Positions 8,401-17,321 of a DNA stretch of 32,000 nt are shown here, one piece after another (position 1 is the stretch's first letter; each line of letters opens with the position of its first letter). The notes under the pieces were generated by a model that was not told the DNA's origin, made no database searches, and was given only the letters and a program-made list of their open reading frames with translations. Made by a program: the position numbers and the translations under genes. Location: contig JAUWGH010000005.1 in the NCBI GenBank assembly GCA_030606485.1, positions 210,001 to 242,000 of the forward strand. Direction: 5' to 3'. This stretch comes from Promethearchaeota archaeon. GTDB taxonomy: Archaea > Asgardarchaeota > Lokiarchaeia > Sigyniarchaeales > SOKP01.

Positions 8401-8827
8401 CTAATCCATGCCCCCTATCAAAATTTTTTGTGTAAAATCATAAAGCATTTCATAACGATTTTTTGCAGTATTTTCTAACTCTCCACTTTTAATTTCAATA
8501 ATATTAATCTTTTTGAGAATATCTGAATTTAGGAAAATAATAAAAAATGTCTTGGAAAAATATTAACACAAAAGAGATAATTATCAAACTCGGGAATAAG
8601 AATGAGGCTACCAATACCCCACACTACAATAATATAACAATAAAGTAAATATTATAAATATACCAATGATAAAACCACTTTTTTAAAAAAATAAAAAATT
8701 TATTCACATCTTTGAAGACAGGACGTTCATTCCAAATGTTAATGTCAGTAATGGCTCCAAATCTATTTAAATCTTCTTTCTCCGAAGGTTTTAGGTCTTT
8801 TATGATATATTTTGGTGATTTGCTCAT
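8401..8827 (-). pseudogene. Interrupted small membrane protein gene at the end of the cluster
   Basis: The ATG overlaps the upstream TGA (ATGA). The ORF stops at TAG (8624), but hydrophobic coding-like sequence continues in-frame (CGVLVASFLFPSLIIISFVLIFF) and in a shifted frame (ILKKINIIEIKSGELENTAKNRYEMLYDF, to 8401). Confidence 0.45.
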
Positions 8828-9702
8828 TTTTTTCCTCTAATAAAAAATTTAATAAAGATATAAAAGCAAATAAAACTAATTAAACCGGTAAATGTTGCGC
8901 TAGGATATAATGATACAGCCAGTATAGGCACCAGGATAATCTCCATAAATATAAAACTCAAAAATATCGCTGAAATAATACCAAAAGATAATATAAGATA
9001 TCCTGGCATCCATAATGTGTAGATTTTATATTCTAAATTATCAGATAAGGTTCCAATGATCTCTATTTGGTGAGATTTTTTCTTTAAAGTCTCTATATTT
9101 TTTTGGATAGAATCTAAGGTTGCTAATTTTCTGAAACTTTTATCAAAAGCTAGTTTACCTTTCTCATAATCTCTCTTAATTTTATCAATATCATTTTGAA
9201 TACGATTGGAGATCATTTCTTGTAATGCATCTTCCATGTTAGTATTATCATAATTCTTATTTTTTTTTCCAAAGACTAAATTGTACCCCTTTAGTGTTTG
9301 AAAATTAGCGTATTTACTTGTCTTATAACTTTCAATACCTTGAAAAACATTAGGAACCCTAATTCCTTTAAGTTCATAATATTCTTCAACTAATTCTTTT
9401 ATATCATACTGATCTAGTTTTAGGTTTTCAGAAGAATTACTAACTTTATCATATAAAGTATGAAAATTAATTAATTTCTGAATATGTTCTCCAAATAAAA
9501 CAATATTAATATTATTTAAGAGGAATTGATCGATTATTATCATATAATCATAAATTTTTTCGTTGAATTTAGGAGTTCTAATATTTAATTTTATACCGAT
9601 TTTTATGATCGCATTATAAATCAAATCTAAATAGATTTTAAATAGGTCATTGTAATTTTGATTCTCGATTAATATTTTAGTAGCTTCTAATAATTTTGAC
9701 AC
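8824..9702 (-). CDS. Hypothetical protein: soluble helical/coiled-coil N-domain plus 2 C-terminal TM helices
   Basis: GTG start directly abuts the upstream TAG (9703) with GGAGAGTGA just before it. Two hydrophobic segments lie at the C-terminus. Confidence 0.75.
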   Translation of the reverse strand: MSKLLEATKILIENQNYNDLFKIYLDLIYNAIIKIGIKLNIRTPKFNEKIYDYMIIIDQFLLNNINIVLFGEHIQKLINFHTLYDKVSNSSENLKLDQYDIKELVEEYYELKGIRVPNVFQGIESYKTSKYANFQTLKGYNLVFGKKNKNYDNTNMEDALQEMISNRIQNDIDKIKRDYEKGKLAFDKSFRKLATLDSIQKNIETLKKKSHQIEIIGTLSDNLEYKIYTLWMPGYLILSFGIISAIFLSFIFMEIILVPILAVSLYPSATFTGLISFICFYIFIKFFIRGKK

Positions 9703-10458
9703 CTATGATTCACTCTCCAAGCGTATATTATCCAGATTAAATTTTTCTTTTTGTAGTTTTCCGTTAGAAGATCGATTGAATGTCGTATCTTTCTTTATCC
9801 TCTCTTTCATTATTATTTTATCAAAATCTATTTTTTTAGTACTTTCTTCAATTACTTTATCAATTTCAACCTTATTCTCCTTTAATTTGAATTTTCGAGG
9901 GATCTGTAAAACTATAGCAGAAAAAGGAAACATAAAAATAAAAGAAATTATATGTAAGATACATCCAGGACCAAGCCAATAATAATATAAAGTTTCAGAA
10001 TTTTCAGAAATAATATAAAGTTTTAAAAATGGAAAATAGAAATTAGCCTGAAATAAATTAAATAAAAATAATGCTAATATGATAAGGTTAAATCCAAGAT
10101 TTGCGGGAAATATATAATTTAAAGTCTTTACCTTATTATAAAAATCTTTCTTGCTGAAGAAAAGCGGATGCTCGAGTGAAATATAAAAAAATGAAATTGC
10201 TGAAAAAACAAAAATAAACACATAAAGCGAAAGGACTACCACATCAATCTCAACTATCCCAGGACAACCCTTAGAATTATTTGTAAGGCAATTCCATCCT
10301 ATGACTATGTTATATCCCCAAATTGTAGTTTCATTGATGATATAAGCGTAATAATACCACTCAGAGAAAAAAGATGCAATAACTAACACTATCCCTATAA
10401 TATACAAAATTTTAAAGCATCTTACAATCTTCTCACTATTCTCAATCATTTTAATCAT
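9703..10458 (-). CDS. 4-TM membrane protein with a claudin/PMP22-like first loop and charged cytoplasmic tail
   Basis: Four hydrophobic helices and W34...G54-W55-x-C57-x7-C65 in the first loop. YYYWLGPG precedes TM4. The start overlaps the upstream gene by 8 bp. Confidence 0.72.
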   Translation of the reverse strand: MIKMIENSEKIVRCFKILYIIGIVLVIASFFSEWYYYAYIINETTIWGYNIVIGWNCLTNNSKGCPGIVEIDVVVLSLYVFIFVFSAISFFYISLEHPLFFSKKDFYNKVKTLNYIFPANLGFNLIILALFLFNLFQANFYFPFLKLYIISENSETLYYYWLGPGCILHIISFIFMFPFSAIVLQIPRKFKLKENKVEIDKVIEESTKKIDFDKIIMKERIKKDTTFNRSSNGKLQKEKFNLDNIRLESES

Positions 10459-12841
10459 CCTTTAAGAAATCTTTAAATATATTTTCTGGTGGGGCTCCTC
10501 CCGTATAGCCGATGCTTCTTTCAAATACAGTATTCTCTTCAAATTTTTGAACATTTTCTTCATGAAAATTATTAATTTCTTTATAGTCTTCAGTCAATTT
10601 AGTATTCTTCTGAATTATTTCGATAATATTATATACTATATTTACAATTTGAGTAAAAGAAATCTGATTTATGTGCCCCTTCAGTTCCCGAATTTTCTCT
10701 ATTCTTTTTATTGCTTCTATAGACTTATTTTCAAATAGGATATTACATTCAGCGCATATTATATCTAGTAGGGAAGAGATATTATGGATCTCATCGGCTG
10801 ATTTATTCAAACGATGTCCTATAAAATCTCTTATTTTCAACACAAGAATTGATCGAAGAATACAATATGCTTTGTAGAAACTATGTTTTTGCTTAAAATA
10901 ATTAAAAAACTGCTTTAGTTTGTTTAAATTCTCATTTGTTATGGCGATATTTACTAAGTTTGTTTCAAATAATTCAACAAATTCCGAAAAAGTGTGAGGA
11001 TTTTCAATCTTTTTTAATAAATCATTGGGAATTGGACGCTTATTATATATTTCATATAGGAATTGCTCTCTTTCATGAGGATTAATTTGATTTAAGGCTA
11101 TAGATAAATTTTGCCTATCAAAATCCGGATGATCGAACCCGAATGGGCTATTGTAGTTCTGAATAATCTCATATTGGTTTTTTTTATATATGTATATGAA
11201 GATACCTGTTAGAAGTATTATTCCCATTATAAACGGAATTAGCAAAACTTGAAAAACACTGACAAAAATTTTATCATTTACAAACAATGAAATTAAGTCA
11301 GAAACCCCAAACACTCCTAATAAAATGCTTATTAACCTTAAAGCATTGCTTAATTTTATCTTATTATCAATAAATAAGTTAATTGGCTGCTTCTTGATAC
11401 AAATTTTTTCAATGGAACTTCTTTTCTGTTCCAAGTAACTTAGTAAGTCAGTTAAATCGTTGATATTAACAATATATAAATCAGAAGATTGTTGAAATGC
11501 ATATGGAATATTCCTCTCCAAAAAACCAATTTTATTTTGGGATATGATAATTGGCTGAATTATAAAATTGTATTGCATACGCCCTCTATAATAAAAATAA
11601 CCTTTACTTGATATTCGAGTTTTTTCTAAGGAAATATCATCATTAATATAAGAAATGAAATTTTTAACGATTGGTCCCTCATCTTCGAGATCATTTGATA
11701 AAATCTGAACAACATCATTTAAATCTTCTTTTATTGACTTTACAAGATTTTTACGCTCAATCGGAGATAAATTTGTATTATTGCTATTATAATCAATCTT
11801 TTTTTCTGAGATAAGTAATAAACCATATAGTTTAGCAAGTTTTAGTGGCAAAATATGGCATATATCTAAAAATTCATTAATATGCTGTGTTTTAATTGCT
11901 AAAAAATCAATCTTATTATATAATTCTTGAAAATCAATATTATCATTAGGAAAAATTTGGTAATTATTAGCAATTAACGTTTTTCTTAACTGTGCTAATA
12001 ACATTTTGACCGATTTTTTATCTAAAATTTCACTCTCCATGCTATTTTCTTCAATTTCAGGTGTATCTGAAATCACCATAATTTGATCTAACCCATTTAT
12101 TTTGTTAGGTTTATCGAGTGAATCTATGCTATCCTCCTCCACTTCATTATCCTCTAATAATATTATTTCTGATTGAGCTAATTCAACTTGATCCATTACC
12201 TTAGATTCAACCTCAGTTATGGGATTCATTTCTCCTTCAGTATCATGATTCTGTAAAGGAATTTGATCATTTGTACCAAAATTGATTTCCTCAAATTCTG
12301 CATTAATCTCTTTAAATTCATCTGAATATGGCTTTTGCTCAGTTTTACTTGATTTTTTGTTCAAAGAGATTGATAAATTCTCATTTAATATCTTTTTAGT
12401 TAATTTACTAATTTTCTCTTTTACTTCATTTATTTCATTTATGTCTATGCCTTTATTTCCTAATTTATATAAAAAATTCATTGAATCTCTTATTTTCTTA
12501 TAAAGATTTACTGATTTCTTAAAATCCTTTCTCTTCTCCTCATTTTTTGCCTCTTCTAACAATTTCTTAATTCGTTTCTCATGATAATTTGTTTTAATCA
12601 TTAATTGATGTTCAGCGAATTTTTTTACCTCAGAATCTAATGATTTCTCTGGCAATATTTCTTTTTTCTCGTTTAAATTATTGATTGCCATCTCAATATG
12701 AACAATAGCCGACTCAAGACTTTCTAGAGTTCCTTCTTTCTCCAATTTCTCTGCTTCATTATAATGATATTTATAATCTGCTCTGTCTATAGTTTCTAAT
12801 GTCGTATCACTTTGATATAAGTAATTGTCCATAATATCCAA
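10451..12841 (-). CDS. Large hypothetical 2-TM protein (N-terminal TPR/MIT-like helices, acidic linker, alpha/beta domain, TM hairpin, C-terminal helical domain)
   Basis: 796-aa ORF (ATG alternative at 12832) with a TM pair around residues 500-555 and an E/D-rich linker. Confidence 0.8.
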   Translation of the reverse strand: MDIMDNYLYQSDTTLETIDRADYKYHYNEAEKLEKEGTLESLESAIVHIEMAINNLNEKKEILPEKSLDSEVKKFAEHQLMIKTNYHEKRIKKLLEEAKNEEKRKDFKKSVNLYKKIRDSMNFLYKLGNKGIDINEINEVKEKISKLTKKILNENLSISLNKKSSKTEQKPYSDEFKEINAEFEEINFGTNDQIPLQNHDTEGEMNPITEVESKVMDQVELAQSEIILLEDNEVEEDSIDSLDKPNKINGLDQIMVISDTPEIEENSMESEILDKKSVKMLLAQLRKTLIANNYQIFPNDNIDFQELYNKIDFLAIKTQHINEFLDICHILPLKLAKLYGLLLISEKKIDYNSNNTNLSPIERKNLVKSIKEDLNDVVQILSNDLEDEGPIVKNFISYINDDISLEKTRISSKGYFYYRGRMQYNFIIQPIIISQNKIGFLERNIPYAFQQSSDLYIVNINDLTDLLSYLEQKRSSIEKICIKKQPINLFIDNKIKLSNALRLISILLGVFGVSDLISLFVNDKIFVSVFQVLLIPFIMGIILLTGIFIYIYKKNQYEIIQNYNSPFGFDHPDFDRQNLSIALNQINPHEREQFLYEIYNKRPIPNDLLKKIENPHTFSEFVELFETNLVNIAITNENLNKLKQFFNYFKQKHSFYKAYCILRSILVLKIRDFIGHRLNKSADEIHNISSLLDIICAECNILFENKSIEAIKRIEKIRELKGHINQISFTQIVNIVYNIIEIIQKNTKLTEDYKEINNFHEENVQKFEENTVFERSIGYTGGAPPENIFKDFLKDD

Positions 12842-12857
12842 TAGATGTTCAAATAAG

Positions 12858-12872
12858 TATATTTAAATAAAA
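12858..12872 (-). promoter_or_regulatory. TATA-box-like element upstream of the 796-aa gene
   Basis: TTTTATTTAAATATA on the minus strand, 26-40 bp upstream of ATG 12832. Confidence 0.45.
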
Positions 12873-12909
12873 AAAAACGCCAAAGTTTTTTTTATATTGG
12901 TGAAAACAC

Positions 12910-13335
12910 TTAAATAGAAGAAGACTTAACTTTTTGATTCAAATTCCTTATGAAAATTTTATTTGGTGTATAAAAATCTCTTTGAAATTCGATTTCATAA
13001 GGCTCAATATCTCTAATATGTATTTTTTCTCGTAGATCACGATATGAAACAAACCCTTCTAAAGTATCAAAAATATAATCTATTCCAGGAATTAACCTGA
13101 AATAAACTGAGATATTCGTTTTTGGATTCAAATTTGGAATTCTATGAATTTGTTTTGGCTCTAATTTCATATCTATGGGAATTTTGTGTAAGAAAAATTT
13201 GAGATTATAAATATTAAATTCTGAGTTATTCTCTAATTTAATCCCAAAATATAAAATACTATGATCCCGTTCTGTTTTCCATATTCCCGAGCATGAAATT
13301 TTTATGTCATCTGGATCAAATAACTCTGATTCCAT
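12910..13335 (-). CDS. Small beta-rich protein, Ig-like/adaptin-appendage-like sandwich
   Basis: Alternating beta pattern LYFGIKLENNSEFNIYNLKFFL...IPNLNPKTNISVYFRLIP...LEGFVSYRD, typical of CARDB/appendage-type Ig folds. Confidence 0.6.
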   Translation of the reverse strand: MESELFDPDDIKISCSGIWKTERDHSILYFGIKLENNSEFNIYNLKFFLHKIPIDMKLEPKQIHRIPNLNPKTNISVYFRLIPGIDYIFDTLEGFVSYRDLREKIHIRDIEPYEIEFQRDFYTPNKIFIRNLNQKVKSSSI

Positions 13336-13357
13336 ATTAGTAGAAGTATAAAATCAA

Positions 13358-13372
13358 ACTATTTAAATAAAA
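13358..13372 (-). promoter_or_regulatory. TATA-box-like element upstream of the 141-aa gene
   Basis: TTTTATTTAAATAGT located 23-37 bp upstream of ATG 13335. Confidence 0.45.
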
Positions 13373-13520
13373 GAAGTGAGAAAAAAAAGTATTAAATGGT
13401 TTTAATTGTAATATTTGTAATTAATTTATGATTTTTTCTTTATAAATTGCAATTTTAGCAATATTTAACTGATTTAAAAAAGGTTCAATCCAGATTAATT
13501 AAAGAACCTCTTAAGAAAAA

Positions 13521-16052
13521 ATGACAACCACTAATTTTGAAAAATCACCGGAGGAAATAATCTCAGAACTTAATCAATATATAGATGATGAAAGAATAGT
13601 TAGAATCTTATTAAAAAATAACATTTATAATTTACGAGATATCCAAAAAGAAGCTATTATTAAGGGACTCTATTTTAATAAATCTTTTTTAGTTGTTGCA
13701 CCTTCCGGTAGCGGAAAAACATTGATTGGCGAACTATGTATTGTTAATAATATTTTCAAAAACTATGGAAAGGCAGTTTATTTAGTTCCCTTTAAGGCAT
13801 TGGCTTCAGAAAAATTTCTTTATTTCAGAAGAAATTATGGAAAATACGGAATAAAAACAGAATTATCAATCGGGGATATTGTCATTGACGACAAGGAACT
13901 TCAGAAAGCCGATATAATTATAACTACATATGAGAAGATGGATTCGATATTAAGAAATTATAAAGAAGAAAAATGGATTAATGAAATTACTACAATTATT
14001 ATAGATGAAATACATTGTGTTGGAGAGAGAGAGAGAGGTCCGAGGTTAGAATCATTAATTGTTAGATTGAATGAATTTTTGATTAATCCTCAAATTATTG
14101 CTTTATCTGCCACAGTAGCAAATCCTGAATTTTTTTGCAACTGGCTATCGTCACTTGGGCAAGAATTTATCTTAATAATTTCTAATGAAAGACCGGTTCC
14201 ATTAAAATATAATATTAAAGTGTCACAAAATAAAGATTCAACCATTAAACACTATGTAAATGAAATTTTAAAGAAAAAAGGCCAAATAATAATATTCGTA
14301 AATAAAAGAAAGGAAGCGCAAAAGCTTGCTCTATACCTGAAAAATTTTATAAAGAAAAAGTTAGATCCTCAAGAACTATCAATTTGTAAAAGACTATCCC
14401 GGCAATTAGAAAACATCAAGGGAGGAATTACCGAATTAAAGAGCTACATAAAAGGAGGTGTGGTTTTCCATCATGCAGGGCTTCTCTCAAAAGAGCGACA
14501 AATAATCGAAGAATATTTCAATAAGAGAATTTTAAAAGTAATTTGTTCCACAACAACTCTCTCGGCAGGAATAAACACACCAGCTCGCATGGTAATTATT
14601 AAAGACTTTAAAAGGTATCAAACAAGTGTAGATAATATTACTGATTTTTCTAAATTTTATGAAGATTTTAGCAATGGATTTACTTATTTTGAGCCTTTTT
14701 CAAGAAATCAAATTTTCCAGATGTTAGGTCGAGCAGGCCGACCTGGTTTAGATCTTAAAGGTTACGGAATAATACTTGTAAAAAATATTGAAGAAAAAAT
14801 ATGGGTGGAGGATCACTATTTTCAAATTGGAGAGGATGGGAAGCGATTGGTTCCTATATATAATCCCATTCAATCAGCCATAAATTCAACTGAAACTTTA
14901 AGAGAACAAGTATTATTAAGGGTTTTTGAGCAAGAATCCATTTCATTTAATGAACTAAAAAACTTTTTTGAAAAAACATATTACTGGAATTGCATAAAGG
15001 ATAAAATAATTCCCATAGATCAATTCCTACGAATTAAAGAGATAACACCAGAAAATATATTGAAATTGCATTCAAATCCAGAGATATTAGAAAAAATCAA
15101 AAATTCCAACTTTCAGACAAAAATTACAAATATTTCAAAGGATTCAATAGATGGAATTGTCAAAACTGATTTTGGAGTCTTTCATGTAAGATTTAATATA
15201 GATAATGGAATTACCTGTAGTTGCAATTTTAATAATAGAGTTGGAGAAGATCTACTAGGACAAAATTCTTGTAGCTTTATTTTTTGCAATCACGTAAGTA
15301 GTTTTCTTTTATCTTTGGTTTCTCATACCGATGTAAGAATAACAAAATATGTAAATGATATAATTCCCAAAAGCGTGAGGGGAGAATATATTTTAGATTA
15401 TTTAATTGAGAAAGGTCTTTTATTAAAAGAAAGAAATAGATTAATTTGCTCGAATTTTGGAAAATTAATAATTAAATTATATCTATATCCTTCAAGCGGT
15501 GTAAAAATTAGAAAAATGTTAGAAAATGGTGAGATCAATAATTTTAAAAGTTTAATTAAGTGTTCTTTTGTTGTTTTAAAATCTGAATCGAGAATTAGAG
15601 ATATGAAGTTGATGAAACCACTCATTTGGTGGGCAGATGAAGAACCTTTACACAATATTTTAGATGAATTTAAAATTTATGCTGGGGACTTATTTTCGAT
15701 TAAAGAAAACATTATCAGAATTATCAAATTTATTGGAATAATTGCATCATTTATCGACGACGATAAGACGGCAAACTTATGCGAAACGCTATCTATACGG
15801 CTAACTCATGGAATTCGTGAAGAATTATTTGATTTAGTTTTAAGGTTGAGGAATGTAGGAAGAGTCAGGGGTCGCATTTTGTATAATGCTGGATATCATA
15901 TAGCATCAAAAATTCTTTCTGAAAACCCTCATATGTTGCAGCATAAAACAGGTATAAACTTGACAATCTGTAAATCAATAATACAATCAACAAAATCAAG
16001 AAAAACTAAAAGTAAAATAAAACAATTTGAGGGGTTTAATGCATTAGCATGA
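13521..16052 (+). CDS. hel308: Hel308/Ski2-like SF2 helicase with inserted SWIM zinc finger
   Basis: Motifs APSGSGKT, DEIH, LSAT, FHHAGL, TTTLSAGINTPAR and QMLGRAGRPG; C-terminal HhH-like VGRVRGRILYNAG; insert C566-x-C568-x20-C589-x-H591. Confidence 0.9.
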   Translation: MTTTNFEKSPEEIISELNQYIDDERIVRILLKNNIYNLRDIQKEAIIKGLYFNKSFLVVAPSGSGKTLIGELCIVNNIFKNYGKAVYLVPFKALASEKFLYFRRNYGKYGIKTELSIGDIVIDDKELQKADIIITTYEKMDSILRNYKEEKWINEITTIIIDEIHCVGERERGPRLESLIVRLNEFLINPQIIALSATVANPEFFCNWLSSLGQEFILIISNERPVPLKYNIKVSQNKDSTIKHYVNEILKKKGQIIIFVNKRKEAQKLALYLKNFIKKKLDPQELSICKRLSRQLENIKGGITELKSYIKGGVVFHHAGLLSKERQIIEEYFNKRILKVICSTTTLSAGINTPARMVIIKDFKRYQTSVDNITDFSKFYEDFSNGFTYFEPFSRNQIFQMLGRAGRPGLDLKGYGIILVKNIEEKIWVEDHYFQIGEDGKRLVPIYNPIQSAINSTETLREQVLLRVFEQESISFNELKNFFEKTYYWNCIKDKIIPIDQFLRIKEITPENILKLHSNPEILEKIKNSNFQTKITNISKDSIDGIVKTDFGVFHVRFNIDNGITCSCNFNNRVGEDLLGQNSCSFIFCNHVSSFLLSLVSHTDVRITKYVNDIIPKSVRGEYILDYLIEKGLLLKERNRLICSNFGKLIIKLYLYPSSGVKIRKMLENGEINNFKSLIKCSFVVLKSESRIRDMKLMKPLIWWADEEPLHNILDEFKIYAGDLFSIKENIIRIIKFIGIIASFIDDDKTANLCETLSIRLTHGIREELFDLVLRLRNVGRVRGRILYNAGYHIASKILSENPHMLQHKTGINLTICKSIIQSTKSRKTKSKIKQFEGFNALA

Positions 16053-16195
16053 TATAAAAGGAAAAATCATCAGATTTTTTAAATTCAATAAAAAAAAATT
16101 GGAATTAATAATGAGTTACAGAAAAATTAATTAATAGAAAATAACAAAATTAAATTAACCATATTGGATAAAAAAATTCTTGAGTTCATTTACAG

Positions 16196-16939
16196 ATGAA
16201 TTCTAAATTAGAAAACATGTTGTTGGAAGCGGAATTCAGATATAGTGAGAATAACATCGAAGAAGCATACAAACTTCTGAAAAACATATTTGAAATTGAT
16301 AGTGATTACAGTACTGCTTATGGTTTTATGGCAAAGGTTCTCTATAAGTTAAAAAAATTTGAAGAAAGTGAAGATTTTCTCAATAAAGCAATACTGAACG
16401 ATCCTGAAGATTTTGAATCACTATACATTTTAGGAAAAATAAAATATAGGCAGGAAAAATATAATGCAGCAAAAGAATTTTTCATTGCTTCTAAAAAAAT
16501 TAATCAATTTTTTGACGAAAATTATTTTTATTTGGGATTGACCGAAGAAATTGCAGGGAACAAAATAGAAGCACAAAAACTATTCATTGAAAGCTTTAAA
16601 ATAAGTAATGGGGCTAATTTTAAAGCATTACAGAAAATTAAAAATAAGAAAGATAGTTTAAAGATTATCGAAAAAACAATGTTTAATAATGAAGGACTTG
16701 TTCCTGATAAAGTTTGGATTAATTTAGGTTACATTTTAACTGATGATGTCGATTTTTTTAGTAAGTTTTTAAATTGGATAAGTAATACTCCTCTTTCTGA
16801 TATTTCGCGCAACCTTATATTTCAAAATTTTAATTTAAATGAAAATGATTACGATGAATTTTTGGATCTTTTTCTTCAATATTATGATTTTTCTGATGAA
16901 ATTACCCCAAAATTAAATAAATTATTAAATTTAGAATAA
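16196..16939 (+). CDS. TPR-repeat protein
   Basis: About four 34-aa TPR-like units (AYGFMAKVLYKLKKFEES, SLYILGKIKYRQEKYNAA, NYFYLGLTEEIAGNKIEA). Confidence 0.85.
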   Translation: MNSKLENMLLEAEFRYSENNIEEAYKLLKNIFEIDSDYSTAYGFMAKVLYKLKKFEESEDFLNKAILNDPEDFESLYILGKIKYRQEKYNAAKEFFIASKKINQFFDENYFYLGLTEEIAGNKIEAQKLFIESFKISNGANFKALQKIKNKKDSLKIIEKTMFNNEGLVPDKVWINLGYILTDDVDFFSKFLNWISNTPLSDISRNLIFQNFNLNENDYDEFLDLFLQYYDFSDEITPKLNKLLNLE

Positions 16940-17140
16940 ATTTTTATAAAGCATATCAAATAACGCTTCCTAATAGATAGAAGCTAATATTTTTAGATAA
17001 AAATTAATTTTTAGTTTTTTATACATAAATAATTTTTTAATAATTTAAGAACTTTTAACACAATAAACTTATTAATTTTTAAAAATAATTGCAGTATCTT
17101 TTAATATTTTTATCAGAGACGTCTTTTAAACAATTTAATG

Positions 17141-17220
17141 GATCTTAGATTATTGATGAAGAATACTAGATCTTAGATTGTTCCTTAAGAATTCAATTTT
17201 ATTCCATTTTATTCCATTTA
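17141..17220. repeat. Short direct repeats upstream of the TFIIB-like gene
   Basis: GATCTTAGATT at 17141-17151 and 17169-17179, then three 10-bp units ATTCAATTTT/ATTCCATTTT/ATTCCATTTA at 17191-17220. Confidence 0.5.
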
Positions 17221-17321
17221 AAATATAATAGAATTGATTTTCAGATGGTAATCGTAATCTTTAAAATTAAAACTGCTACTCTATCATATTCAGTAATAAT
17301 TAAATTTCGGATCTATAAAGA

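Noticed and set aside
8624-8626. In-frame TAG considered as pyrrolysine readthrough
   Set aside because: No pyl genes in the window, other genes here end in TAG normally, and frameshifts are also needed to rebuild the gene.
15000-15400. Helicase insertion considered as an intein
   Set aside because: No N-terminal C/S block A or C-terminal HN-[CST] splice motif; CxC...CxH fits SWIM better.
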